Shown in pieces: positions 8,368 through 21,186 of a stretch of 55,529 nucleotides of DNA. Made by a program: the position numbers and the translations under genes. The stretch comes from Hydrurus foetidus (taxonomy: Eukaryota), in assembly GCA_900617105.1 (NCBI GenBank), contig UYFQ01000809.1, positions 1-55,529 on the forward strand, read 5' to 3'. Numbering within the stretch: position 1 is the first letter of the stretch; each line of letters begins with the position of its first letter. The notes under the pieces are model-generated. The model saw only the letters and a list, made by a program, of their open reading frames with translations. It was not told where the DNA came from and did no database searches.

Positions 8368-10337
8368 ATGCTATTCAAATTATCACCTCATTGTTGTAGG
8401 CATACGCAGTGTTTCCATAGATGTTTTTTAATTCTTCCAGTGATACTTGAGCACCTTCACGTAGATTAACCCACATGTCATACATTTTACCTAACTTAAC
8501 ACGGTATTCTTAAACTAGTTGCTGAGCATTATGAGCAAACGGTACGCCTAGTGATAAATTGAAATAGAAGTAAGAGCGCATATTTTAATGTGGTGAAACA
8601 AGCAATCAGTGAAAGTTTACCATGATTCTGTAGGATCCTATCACAAGCTAAATTGATTTCTGCTCTGTCAGCTTTGGCTTCAATTGGATCTCTCACTGCT
8701 GCACCCTCCTCATCATTTACATCACCAGCATCGATACAAATGTTGTGTAAAAGGCATGCACACAGCACTATTTCAGGTATGATCCGTGTGCTTTCCTGTA
8801 TAGAATGCTGATGCAAACGCCTCCATTTCATCTTCAACAAGCCAAATGCATTTTCTACAACGCATCGTGCACCACTTATACTGACGTTGAATAGATTTTT
8901 TAACCGATTCCTGGCGTCATAATCGGGAGCAATAAAGCACGATCTCTTATGAAATCCACCATCTGAGAGAATCATATACGGGTGTGGAAAAAGAACTTGG
9001 TCTCTGCGTATAAAAAGGTTCGATAAAAAGTTTGATCTGGATACAGCTCCAGTGTCAGATGTAGATCCAGGCCATCTAGAGTCAGCGAAAATAAAGCGCT
9101 TCTGATGGTCACAGATAACCATTAAATTTAAGGAATAGGTTTTCTTCCTCTTACACTAAAACTCGCGTGGAATGAATGTGGTTGAGTGTGGTGCAGCAAT
9201 TTTAATAATACTACCATCAATAGATCCCAATAGGTATGGTATGTTGCTCTTCTCGAAAAACCACAGAGCTGATACTCGACGGCCTGCTTCCAATGGAAAC
9301 GATATTTTGGGGAAAGGGCATCCTTCAAACCAATACGCTGATAGAAACGCTTTGCACCCGCGTTCAATCCTTTTGCTGATACACGGCTGACGCACTCCAA
9401 ATTCCTTACCCAAGGCGTGTTGGTCACTCTGTATCACCAAGTACCTAATCAAAGTTGCTACCACAACTTTGCCCCTGATATAGCGAAATCTCGCTGACTT
9501 CAATGAATACGTTGGTCGTGAATATAGATAAGGGACACAATCTCTGACGATGCCATTGAAAGTAGATTGTGACATACGGTACTCTTTGTACCAATCATCT
9601 TCACGTCCACGATAAGTATCCCAAAACGACTGTTCTGATTTGCGGGTGGGATCTACGGAAAATTCATCGATCGCTATTACTCTCGCCCAGAGCTGCTCCA
9701 TAAATTTTTTAGCGGGCAAGAAACAATCATCCTCAAACTCATCAGTCAGGAAAGCATCGGCCAAATCAAACGATGAAGGAGCCACCAAGGTGAGTAAAAT
9801 AGGATCCTTCTTTTGCAGAATCATCAGAAGATTCATGATGATGATGACTCCAGCTATAATGTTACAGACTCTCCTCCTCAATCCATCGTGATCGACTGCC
9901 ACTTCCACAAATTCAGGGCCATCGTCAGCGACCTCGTTCAAATTTCTTTTCCTGCAACTTCTCATTGCTAGAGAGCTACTCGAAGATTGTGCTCAAGAGG
10001 ATGTACTGTCGAGTATCATGGTAGTTGGTAGTTTTACATTGTAAAATATTGTGCTGGAGCTGGAGCTGGAGCGACATCCATTTCAAAAGAGTTTGGGTCT
10101 AAAATTTTAGGTCCGCACAACAGCGTTTTTTGTTTCTTGTGAGTTGGAATAAGGCCAATTCATGCTACGATACGGTGCATTCCCTCGAGCCGAGGCTTGG
10201 AGAACTGTTATAATTTATAATGTAGGTCACATTTAAGTGACATTAAATCACATTTAAATGTTCACATTTAATGAAAGCACTTATTATCAGGTACACCCTC
10301 CGGTGAGAAGTTTTTTATGAAAAAAAAGAAAGAAATC
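8063..10337 (+). repeat. 2275-bp direct duplication, copy 1
   Basis: Matches 13777-16051 at a constant offset of 5714; at least four substitutions seen. Confidence 0.95.
8375..9965 (-). pseudogene. Harbinger DDE transposase with an in-frame TAG (9156-9158), a 73-nt intron (8548-8620) and a TAA in the last exon
   Basis: YRMSQSTF, IDGSIIKI, SLNLMVICD, WPGSTSD, SDGGF, RCVVENAFGLLKMKWRRL. The two ORF-track pieces are in the same frame. Confidence 0.92.
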
Positions 10338-10352
10338 AAGGTGATGTTTTTA

Positions 10353-10603
10353 ATCGGTACCAGTGTCAAAAAGGCTGTACCAACGGTACATACAGTACAA
10401 GTCGAGCCAAATCACAATTCACATACCTGGCCTTGCAAAGACATTCATGCAGAAGACACCATCTCTAAATTCTGGATAACCCACTGGCATCTCCAGATCA
10501 GCAGGTACATGGTGATGTCAAAAAAAATTGCAATTGAATCCAAACTGTAAAATTCTCAACTGATCTCTCACATTTCCGACAATCAACTTCTCATTCAGGC
10601 TGA
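10353..10603 (+). repeat. Left TIR of the pogo-like element
   Basis: ATCGGTACCAGTG...TCAGGCTGA, inverted at 13518-13768. Confidence 0.95.
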
Positions 10604-10792
10604 TTTTAAGACGACGATTACCGTTAATTGCCTGAAAGTTAGAGAGAAGTGAGTCAGATGGTGCAATCGTATGTATGGATAATTTGAGTTGCTAACAAAG
10701 CATGACTCAAATCGCTCAAGCAAGAGTCCTATTGTGATAGATTACTGATTAGATGTAGATCACATACAAGAACTGACACTGACAGCAATTGC

Positions 10793-13262
10793 ATGCTCAC
10801 TCGCAGAAGCAGTAGAGCAGCGGCAGTGAGTGGGCTTAGTCAACTCGTCCCGCTTGATGAATCGGCAGACGAAGACGATGCGGATGCTAGCAGTCACAAT
10901 AAATTGGATGAGTCGGAGGCAGAGGAGGTCATTGAGAATGAGTCTGCGGCAGAAGAGGTCGTCGACAATGACATCACCTTACAGCAGGTTGGTGTAGTAA
11001 ATGCTTAAACCAATTGTCTGGCCTCGCGTACACAGTAAGTTAATTCAATTCTGATAATGCAGAGGATAGAGAACGCCGTCAAAGACGTACAAGAGAATGG
11101 CTTCAGCATCCATCGATCATCACGGGTACACGATGTTACTCGGCGAAGACTTACGATGTCAGTTGCATCGCATGCTTCGATGAGAGGTTCATGTAGACAT
11201 CAAGTTGTTCTTGTAGTGAGTCTTACTTCTATCTTTAATTAATGGAAACGCAGTGCTTTGCGACATCATGCAAACCCAAATCTTGAGGTCTCACAACGCG
11301 GTCGGCCTCGTTCGGTGTCAGACCAAGTCATAGCAAATGCTATTGCACTCGCTGAAGAGAAAGACCTGCGCAAAGACTCCTGCACATCTAGTGTTGATGT
11401 GATGTCTGTCGTGGACAATCTTCGCCGTGAGGAGCTGGCCCACATGGGCCTCAACCCCTATATAGTTTTGCCTGTTTTAAGTCGTAGTACAAAATCTCGA
11501 GTAGTTAAAAAAGTTACGCCACAAAGAATAAAAAATGGATCAATACAAAATCCGAGCAGACAGAGGGCTCTAAGCGACGCAAGGAATGCAATATCATGCG
11601 CTGCCACATGGCTTGCAGTATCAGATGGCATCGCGAACGGAAACTTTGTGCATTCGTGGGACGAATGCAGCGTCATGTTAAATGCATTCAACGAAAAGCA
11701 GACAGTCATGTGCACAGCAGCTGGAAGGAAAAAATTAGCTGCAAGAAACTTAGCTCCCGCGACGACAGAAATACAGCATCAGAGGAGGATGCTCAAGTTG
11801 GGCTTAAGTAAGCATTTATATCTTAAATCATTAATCAATTATCAACATAGATTTACAGAAGAAAGTTATACCATAATTGCAGATACAAATGCTCATGGAT
11901 TGCTAGAATGTGCTATTGCCATGATTAGCGATGACAACTTTACGAGCTGTAGGTCATTCAAGGTACTATTCAAATTTATGATGATGTCCATGTACATACA
12001 AAAGAGATTTACTTAACAGTTGTCACTACATGCAGTTGAAGGAGGGGCTCTACTGCTATCTAGTACCGACTGGGTATGATGCGACAACCCTTATGAAAGA
12101 TTTATGGATTGATTGCGTCCTACCCGAGTGCGACAGACACTATGAGCATGCAGTGGATGAACTCACACGCCGAGGTCCAACGGAGATGCACGCTGGAATC
12201 CATGTATCATCGGCATCGACGTCGGCACCCACATCGTCATCCTCTTCCTCATCGTCAAGTGCAGTCAGCAACTGGAGATCGATCCTTACATTTGACGGGT
12301 GCTGGCCGCAACTCCGTGCTGTAATGACAAGGTTGAACGTCAAATTTTCAGAGAGAGGTTACGAAGGGTTCAAGTTCGCTGCTGCCTCTACAATGGTAGA
12401 GCAGCCAAACGATGTTGGACACTGCCACAAGGCAATCAAATGCTACTACAAGAGCGACAAGTATAGGAAATGTCAAGTTTGGGAAATCCCTGCTTACCTC
12501 TCTGGTTTTGATGCAACGTTGAGCGATGCGGGACTGGACAATGGGAGTCAACAGACCATCTTCAAGGCTCTCTGTCATCTGGAAGCATGCCTTTCCAAGG
12601 TATGCACCATTCCTATGGTAAGAGAAGGATTCCTCGTTTCTGGAATCTACCCTGTAGACGTGTACGCGATACTCTCCGGCTGGAGCGGATGGAGTCTAAT
12701 CGAAAAAGAGAAGGCGGAAGAATTGATTAGCTTGCTCCCCACTTTGACAGAGATAGCGAAAATCAGAGGGAAAGTTACAGATGTGGAGATTGAAGAGTGC
12801 ATGGGACATTTGATCGAATTTGAGAGTAATACGCGAAAGTCAGACAGTTGTGCTATGAATCACGGTCGCTGTCTGTGGACCAACAACGACACAGTTATCG
12901 CGGCATACAGGGATAAGGTGGCGGCGGATGTGCAGAAGGGGGTGGAATTAGACAATAGGAACATGGAAAAGGAGTGGAGGATGATGATGCCGGACAGGGC
13001 TGCATCAGAGGACAAGAGAATGGCTGCTCGCGCCGCATCACTTGTCGTCGATACAGAAACAGTTGGTGTACCTGGTAAAAAAGTCAGGCAATACAGATGC
13101 AGCAACTCGCTCTGCACAACATCTGCATCTGCAGTTATAAGGAGAGGGTGGACAAAATGTAAGACAAAAGGTTGCAGCCAAGCGTTCTGTGCAGACTGCA
13201 CTGAAGTCTCACTCCAACATCAGAATATTTGTGGAGATAGCTCTCGCAATGAAATGGTTTAG
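10793..13262 (+). CDS. pogo-like DDD transposase, 5 exons (10793-10987, 11063-11157, 11254-11807, 11883-11962, 12036-13262), ~716 aa
   Basis: psq-type HTH (AVKDVQENGFSIHRSSRVHDVTRRRL), RGRPR, SWDE, TFDG, QPNDVG, GFLVSGIYP and a Cys/His-rich C-terminus. Four GT-AG introns join in frame (2151 nt). Confidence 0.88.
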
Positions 13263-13517
13263 CCTGATCGACATCAACCCACCTTGTCTCATTGCTTTTT
13301 CTCATTCCTCATATGCTATTCCGAGATAATGCTCGTTCGACTCGATCGTAACTAAATGCGATCTCCCATTTTGAATGCTCGGTAATGCCCGACAGCAGAC
13401 CCTGTAAAATCGTAGAGAGGCATCAGATGGACCTGAAAAAATTAGGAATCCCCAAACATGATAGTCATAGCATATCCGTTGAATTTGGTGTACTCTTATC
13501 ACCTGTGAGTCTATTTC

Positions 13518-13768
13518 TCAGCCTGAATGAGAAGTTGATTGTCGGAAATGTGAGAGATCAGTTGAGAATTTTACAGTTTGGATTCAATTGCAATTTTTTT
13601 TAACATCACCATGTACCTGCTGATCTGGAGATGCCAGTGGGTTATCCAGAATTTAGAGATGGTGTCTTCTGCATGAATGTCTTTGCAAGGCCAGGTATGT
13701 GAATTGTGATTTGGCTCGACTTGTACTGTATGTACCGTTGGTACAGCCTTTTTGACACTGGTACCGAT
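13518..13768 (-). repeat. Right TIR of the pogo-like element
   Basis: Reverse complement of 10353-10603. Confidence 0.95.
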
Positions 13769-13776
13769 GACTTTTA

Positions 13777-16051
13777 CCGCCAGCAGTTAAAGTCAGCAAA
13801 TTGTCCCTGATAATCGACTTGACAAGAACAGCTGTGCTACATCATGAGGAAAATATGGCCTTCATCAGAAGGCCATATATCAGAAGCAGAGTAGATTGGA
13901 TGATATTACAAGACGTGAAGAAAGGGATAGGAGAGAAGTTGAGTATAGAGATAGGCAGGACGCAGTCAACCATCAGAGATACAACACAGAACAAGAGAGA
14001 CTGGCAGAACAACGCCGGGATAGTTTGAATGTGCAAACAACTTTCGCTGGTATTCTTTCAAATCTGCTAAATAAAATATAGATGCTATTCAAATTATCAC
14101 CTCATTGTTGTAGGCATACGCAGTGTTTCCATAGATGTTTTTTAATTCTTCCAGTGATACTTGAGCACCTTCACGTAGATTAACCCACATGTCATACATT
14201 TTACCTAACTTAACACGGTATTCTTAAACTAGTTGCTGAGCATTATGAGCAAACGGTACGCCTAGTGATAAATTGAAATAGAAGTAAGAGCGCATATTTT
14301 AATGTGGTGAAACAAGCAATCAGTGAAAGTTTACCATGATTCTGTAGGATCCTATCACAAGCTAAATTGATTTCTGCTCTGTCAGCTTTGGCTTCAATTG
14401 GATCTCTCACTGCTGCACCCTCCTCATCATTTACATCACCAGCATCGATACAAATGTTGTGTAAAAGGCATGCACACAGCACTATTTCAGGTATGATCCG
14501 TGTGCTTTCCTGTATAGAATGCTGATGCAAACGCCTCCATTTCATCTTCAACAAGCCAAATGCATTTTCTACAACGCATCGTGCACCACTTATACTGACG
14601 TTGAATAGATTTTTTAACCGATTCCTGGCGTCATAATCGGGAGCAATAAAGCACGATCTCTTATGAAATCCACCATCTGAGAGAATCATATACGGGTGTG
14701 GAAAAAGAACTTGGTCTCTGCGTATAAAAAGGTTCGATAAAAAGTTTGATCTGGATACAGCTCCAGTGTCAGATGTAGATCCAGGCCATCTAGAGTCAGC
14801 GAAAATAAAGCGCTTCTGATGGTCACAGATAACCATTAAATTTAAGGAATAGGTTTTCTTCCTCTTACACTAAAACTCGCGTGGAATGAATGTGGTTGAG
14901 TGTGGTGCAGCAATTTTAATAATACTACCATCAATAGATCCCAATAGGTATGGTATGTTGCTCTTCTCGAAAAACCACAGAGCTGATACTCGACGGCCTG
15001 CTTCCAATGGAAACGATATTTTGGGGAAAGGGCATCCTTCAAACCAATACGCTGATAGAAACGCTTTGCACCCGCGTTCAATCCTTTTGCTGATACACGG
15101 CTGACGCACTCCAAATTCCTTACCCAAGGCGTGTTGGTCACTCTGTATCACCAAGTACCTAATCAAAGTTGCTACCACAACTTTGCCCCTGATATAGCGA
15201 AATCTCGCTGACTTCAATGAATACGTTGGTCGTGAATATAGATAAGGGACATAATCTCTGACGATGCCATTGAAAGTAGATTGTGACATACGGTACTCTT
15301 TGTACCAATCATCTTCACGTCCACGATAAGTATCCCAAAACGACTGTTCTGATTTGCGGGTGGGATCTACGGAAAATTCATCGATCGCTATTATTCTCGC
15401 CCAGAGCTGCTCCATAAATTTTTTTGCGGGCAAGAAACAATCATCCTCAAACTCATCAGTCAGGAAAGCATCGGCCAAATCAAACGATGAAGGAGCCACC
15501 AAGGTGAGTAAAATAGGATCCTTCTTTTGCAGAATCATCAGAAGATTCATGATGATGATGACTCCAGCTATAATGTTACAGACTCTCCTCCTCAATCCAT
15601 CGTGATCGACTGCCACTTCCACAAATTCAGGGCCATCGTCAGCGACCTCGTTCAAATTTCTTTTCCTGCAACTTCTCATTGCTAGAGAGCTACTCGAAGA
15701 TTGTGCTCAAGAGGATGTACTGTCGAGTATCATGGTAGTTGGTAGTTTTACATTGTAAAATATTGTGCTGGAGCTGGAGCTGGAGCGACATCCATTTCAA
15801 AAGAGTTTGGGTCTAAAATTTTAGGTCCGCACAACAGCGTTTTTTGTTTCTTGTGAGTTGGAATAAGGCCAATTCATGCTACGATACGGTGCATTCCCTC
15901 GAGCCGAGGCTTGGAGAACTGTTATAATTTATAATGTAGGTCACATTTAAGTGACATTAAATCACATTTAAATGTTCACATTTAATGAAAGCACTTATTA
16001 TCAGGTACACCCTCCGGTGATAAGTTTTTTATGAAAAAAAAGAAAGAAATC
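13777..16051 (+). repeat. 2275-bp direct duplication, copy 2
   Basis: Matches 8063-10337. Confidence 0.95.
14089..15679 (-). pseudogene. Second copy of the Harbinger transposase pseudogene (same stops)
   Basis: ORF-track translations differ from copy 1 only by V>I and C>Y. Confidence 0.92.
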
Positions 16052-16448
16052 GGTCGTTTCAGTTTTCAGTGGTGTCTCCAGTCTCCAGTCTCCAGTGAAA
16101 ACCACGGAAGTGAAGTGATTCAATCCACAATCCACAGTAATCAGGTGATACTGTAGAGCTCGGAATCCGATCAAGATGCGATGAGCCGTTCAAAATTGAT
16201 TCTGTCAAGTAATGGTAGTTGGAAATCTAACCCAGTGGAGTACATACAACGTCCACATTTAAAACTGTACAAGTGCGGTAGAATATTTTCCACTCACAGC
16301 AGTCATGGAGCCGATTAACTGTGGACACATCACCATGGCCCAGTAGGATTGTCATCTGGGTTACGTATCAACTATCGGACCCATATCGAGACTTCAACTA
16401 CACTCTCATCTTGTCACCTCTCGATTACTACATCGTACACGAACTATA

Positions 16449-19134
16449 ATGTCCTGCCTCGGCTCCATTCAAGAAGGTACAATTCATCATAGCAATTTAG
16501 CTGCTGCAATTTCTGCGAAATTAGGCGCTGTCCACCTGCAGCCAAAAACAGATTATTTTGACATTACCTTTCACTTCAGGCGAATGTCTTTGAATTGCTA
16601 CTCCTCTGACAGTAAGCTTACTTTGCGATATGCAACAGGTCTGTCTGAACATCCCCCATCAGCTTTACTGGATGAAAAGAAACGAAGAATTTGGTGCTTC
16701 GGACCTAACCCTGATTCGAAGGTATGAAATATCGACCTGACATCTTACAATGAGATTGCCTGGAATTGTACACGTCTTGATACCAACTATAAGTTGCTGT
16801 GCATTTTCCATTCCTATTCTTGTTCTTATTCTTATTCCTATCAACAGTTGAACAATCAAAGGTACTACTTGCCAGTGCGATTTCTAAGCGTAATGCGCTC
16901 AAAAGATATCATGATTCTCCCAGGAAATCATTCACCAACAAAGGACTTCGTCAATTTTATCATTCCTCTTCTTGGTCTATCGGAAGAACAGATCATCTGG
17001 ACTTCTGGAGAGAACTATTCATTGGATAAAGATATTACACAAGGAATACGGGACAAACTGGGCGGATTAATCAGGACATCTGCCTGTCAATCGAACAAGA
17101 ATTGCAAAGATTACGGATGTAACTGGGTTCTCATCCCATATACAGCATCGCATTGTCTTTACGAATGGTCTTCCTCTCTGCTACAAGAGTTCCCTAACGT
17201 TTCCTGCACATCAAAATTAGACAATTCCTCACCACGCAGAGCAACTCTGGAAGTCTTCGGTGAATCTGAGGAATGGAATGAGAAATACGGGCACAAAGGA
17301 ATTCTGCACAGACATATGTCAAGTCTATCAAAACGTGCTGTTATTGAAGAAATTGATGAGAATTTTAAGAAGACTTTCGTCCCTAAGGGATATCAATGCA
17401 GCAATACAGAACATTTGTTAGGAGCGTATGACCTTCTGTTCCAAGAAACTTCTTCACGAAAAGCTGTGATAAAGCCCATTTTAGGAACTTCCGGATTTGG
17501 GATTATTTTCGTATCTACAACGGCCGAACTTATCGCGTATGACTTTCCAATGGGAGAAGTCTTACTAGAAGAAATGCTCGATTTAGATCTGACAGAAGAT
17601 GGTCTGGTTATTTCTCCTGCTGTGCATTATATTGGAGAAGAGATATTTGGCGGCAAATTAGTCGATCAATTGATGAGAGAGACGGTGTACTTCGGGTGGA
17701 GAGAGTCGAAGGCGAATACACACTTTCAAGAAGTTGTTCTTGATATGACCGAAAAGCTCATTCAATTCACAAAACCGAAGGTAAGCACGTATGTACTTGT
17801 GTATCACTTAATTACTTACAGTTTAATCTTTGTTTTTTATTCCTTTGTCATACCCATAATTTATTTTATGTCACAGAAAATCGGTACACTCTCATATCGA
17901 CTACTATGAAAGCTCAAATTAACAATCTATGAAGATGCTTCGCTTCTCTTCTCTTCAGTTCAGTTGACTAAATGAACTTGCTCTCATTGTACACTCTTTA
18001 CCTCCTTCCTTCTCTTCCTCCCTCCAACGTCATCCGCTTTTGAATCAGCACATCCATTTCCCTCATGTCACCTCATCTCACCTTTCCTTACCTCACCTTG
18101 TATCACCTCATTTCACTACCTCATTTGACCTCTTTCTCCTCACACCCATCTTGGTATTTGATCGATACAGGGTCCGGGTGGATACGACTTCTTGAGTGTG
18201 AAGGGAAAGCCCATGCTGTCGGATATCAACACTGGACGTTTCAATGGTGCACACCAGCCAAAACTCTTTTTATCACAAGTAAGTAGTGTTTTAAAATGAT
18301 AGAAATTGAGGTGGGGAGAGGCAAGACAAGGAAGGGATAGAAGTGGGTGTGGTGTTATAGCAATGAATAGCTACAGCAGTAAGAGTATCCATGAATCATG
18401 AGTAATGGATCGTATTGCTTTGTGCAGCACGCACAGTGCAGCACGCATAGACTAATGTGAACGTGACATACAGATCCATTTGTTTTAGCTTGGATTCTTC
18501 CACTTCTGAAATTACTGCTGTATTTGATGATAGTAAGCCTTATTTAAATTCTTAATACGCATTTCTCTCTTGAATTGAGCCAGATATCAAGGAGATGGTT
18601 TCCTCGCAGTTACAGGGAGCGTTTTGATTCACTACACCCACTGTGCAATATTTCATATTTTCGCTTATTGATATCGTTGTGTCAGCGAGATCACTTTATC
18701 TAGTTTACAACCTAATCCATAAATCCTATGTATTTTAGACTGTCTCATTCTGATTTATTTACGTATTATTTACATATATTTAGTACGCCAGTCCAGGGAA
18801 AAGATGGTACTGTTGGAAACAAAAACCTAAGAGCAGTGTCAGCATTGAAACTTTTTGGACTGCTCTGAAGGGCGCTGGTCTGGCTTACCATCCTCTATCA
18901 AATATGTCCGTATCTGTGTCAGTGTCGGGAGATTCGAGGGGTGAGCTAGAGTTAGCAGGTGGGAATGACTTACGTATGGCAGATCCCTCTGATGACGTCA
19001 GTCAAGAAGGGATATTCCCACTGACATATCTCAACGGGGTTGATGGTATTTTTATATCTATTGCTTCTTCAAGTGAGCGTGCTATCGAGTTGTATGAAAA
19101 AACAATGGCGGTTATTCAGGAATTGGAGAAATGA
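16449..19134 (+). CDS. ATP-grasp fold protein; exons ~16449-16721, 16848-17780, 18171-18278, 18784-19134 (true start may be upstream)
   Basis: VIKPILGTSGFGI, LLEE and GYDF...SDINTGRFNG motifs; phase-0 GT-AG introns join in frame. Confidence 0.78.
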
Positions 19135-19292
19135 AAAACGAGAAATGAAATAATATAGGAAGTTGGAGACTTGAGAGGAGAGAAAAGGAGGATTTATACG
19201 GTGCGACCATCATTTATTATTTGTTACTCATTATCCGCAGTATTTAGACGTGGAGGTACTGCTAGGGCTTATCTACCGCAGACACACCTCAC

Positions 19293-19360
19293 GGCTAACG
19301 GCTCGATACGGCTAACTGCTCGATACGGTTAGAAACGGCTTAACTGCTCGATACGGTTAA
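19293..19360 (+). repeat. Three copies of a ~17-bp unit TAAC(G/T)GCTCGATACGG
   Basis: Read directly from the sequence. Confidence 0.8.
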
Positions 19361-20500
19361 ATGCGGCAGGAAGAAGATGAGGGGAGGGGAAAGGGAAGGA
19401 TTAGGGAGATGAGATGAATATCATTCAACAGACAGGAATAAAAGACAGGAAGAAACTGAACAGATGCAGTCGCTCATTAGAGCTCGACTCTTGTCAGAAG
19501 GAACATCACGCAGAAGAAATGTCAGTCTGGAGAAACATCAATCAATAGGAGGGGGAGGTCTATTGAAATTAAAACTCGCGTTCAAATTGGAAAAAATTGA
19601 AATTAAATTGAATTCAAAATAGGAACAATTTGTCACGGAACGGAATGTCATTTTCGAATCTTATCTACTATGATTTATAGATCAGATAATCGGAGGACAT
19701 TATTATTATTATTATCATTATTTCGCTTGATGATGTCATCTGAATATTCATGCTCAGCATAACGGAACGTAACGTACAGTAGTTGTCGTACATCTTTAGA
19801 CTGTTGTTTAAGAAGGTTGAACTACTTGAAATTCTGAGATTACGCTGCTGATCATCTCAAGTTTCGTGTTGTCGGATAAACAGTAAACCGGTGGAGAAAA
19901 CTCAACTTCATTATGATTTAAATAAAAGAATGTTTGAAACTCTTACTAATTAAAAGTTACGATTGACTACTCTTATCGCTTTTCGCAAGGAAAATTTCAA
20001 ATTTCAAAAATAGAAATCGCAATTGATTTTAAAACAGACACGAAATGTATTACCAACAACTCTGGGAACAGCATTTACAGGAACCCAACATAGGATAGAT
20101 ACGTCAGTTTCATTTTTTATTGTTTGCCTGTAGAGTATTGCCGAGGTCGCAACAAATCACAGCCAAAAAGGAATATCATATTTTCGTACTCCAAAATGAC
20201 CGCTGAAAGCAACTTTTGTTACTCTATATTCGTCGAGTATACACCGAGGAAATCCTCAAAGCTCCTTTAAGTTTTGACTTAGACAACATTCCTTACTCGA
20301 CGACTTTCGCGGAAAGTTCTCAGTAGAAAATCCTTTCCTAATGATGCAAATGGCTTGTGCTGGGACAGATGTCCATTCTTCTTGTGGATGCCGCCGTAGT
20401 TGTGGGAACAAATCATATTCTCGGGTCTTTGCCTGGCATTATTGATCGCTGAGTCCGGTCTTGCATTTCCCTCTGTCCTCTGTCCAGATATAATTGACAA

Positions 20501-20920
20501 TTAGGTATTCAAGAGATCCATCTTCTTCGCGAGATCAATGTCAAGCATTGATAGGCCTGAGCAGTCATGTGTTGATAACACAACATCCACTTTGTTGTAG
20601 ACATTAAACCATTCAGGATGGTGCCCCATTTTTTCGCTCACGATTGCTACTTTCGACATAAATCCAAATGCTTGAACGAAGTCATCGAAGACGTACGATT
20701 TCTGAATGGCATCTCGATTCTCCATGAGTTTCCAGCCGGTCAGAGATTTCAACGCATCCTCTTTCTCGGTTCCCGCGAGCAAAACAGGCAATGTGCTGAG
20801 AGAACTAGAACGGATTGTGACTGATTTCCTCAATCGCAATGCATACGACCCAACATGTTTACCGATCATCAGAAGAATGATAAAGGTTGTGAATTTTGAT
20901 GGAGTAAATTTGAAATACAT
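20501..20920 (-). CDS. PCBD: Pterin-4-alpha-carbinolamine dehydratase with an N-terminal targeting extension
   Basis: FVQAFGFM...[26 protein letters not shown] signature. Confidence 0.95.
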   Translation of the reverse strand: MYFKFTPSKFTTFIILLMIGKHVGSYALRLRKSVTIRSSSLSTLPVLLAGTEKEDALKSLTGWKLMENRDAIQKSYVFDDFVQAFGFMSKVAIVSEKMGHHPEWFNVYNKVDVVLSTHDCSGLSMLDIDLAKKMDLLNT

Positions 20921-21186
20921 GGGGTGCCCAATTTTTCAACGCCAAATGTGACTGATGCGACTCTAATCGCGATTAGTTTGTGGTTTGTATGCCCGAAAGT
21001 CGGTAAAATTATTATATGACGGAGACATAGTTTATGACCGACGAGAGACTCATTTTGAAACTAGTTACCAAAATTTGATGGTAATCAAGAGTAATGATCA
21101 CCAGTATGGGATGGCGGAGGCACGAATAAGTTCGTCTGGCTCAGAATTGCAGGTGTCACCCTAATCGTTAATACCCACCGCTGAAG

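Larger units (their letters stand above)
7236..10156. mobile_element. PIF/Harbinger DNA transposon (decayed); left part interrupted by Gypsy-1
   Basis: Convergent Myb/trihelix-like gene and DDE transposase. Candidate right end GGAATAAGGCC (reverse complement GGCCTTATTCC, Tourist-like); the end position is uncertain. Confidence 0.8.
10353..13768 (+). mobile_element. pogo/Fot1-like (Tc1-mariner superfamily) transposon with 251-bp terminal inverted repeats
   Basis: 10353-10603 is the reverse complement of 13518-13768; a DDE_1-type transposase lies inside. Confidence 0.92.

Noticed and set aside
9156..9158. In-frame TAG in both Harbinger copies as evidence of codon reassignment or readthrough
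   Set aside because: The copies descend from one recent duplication, the element has other lesions, and TAG terminates host genes in this window.
10225..10310. CACATTTAA repeats and TACACCCTCCG as a separate Stowaway-like end
   Set aside because: No matching opposite end was found.
19293..19360. CRISPR-like short repeats
   Set aside because: Only three ~17-bp units with no regular spacers, no cas genes, and a eukaryotic context.
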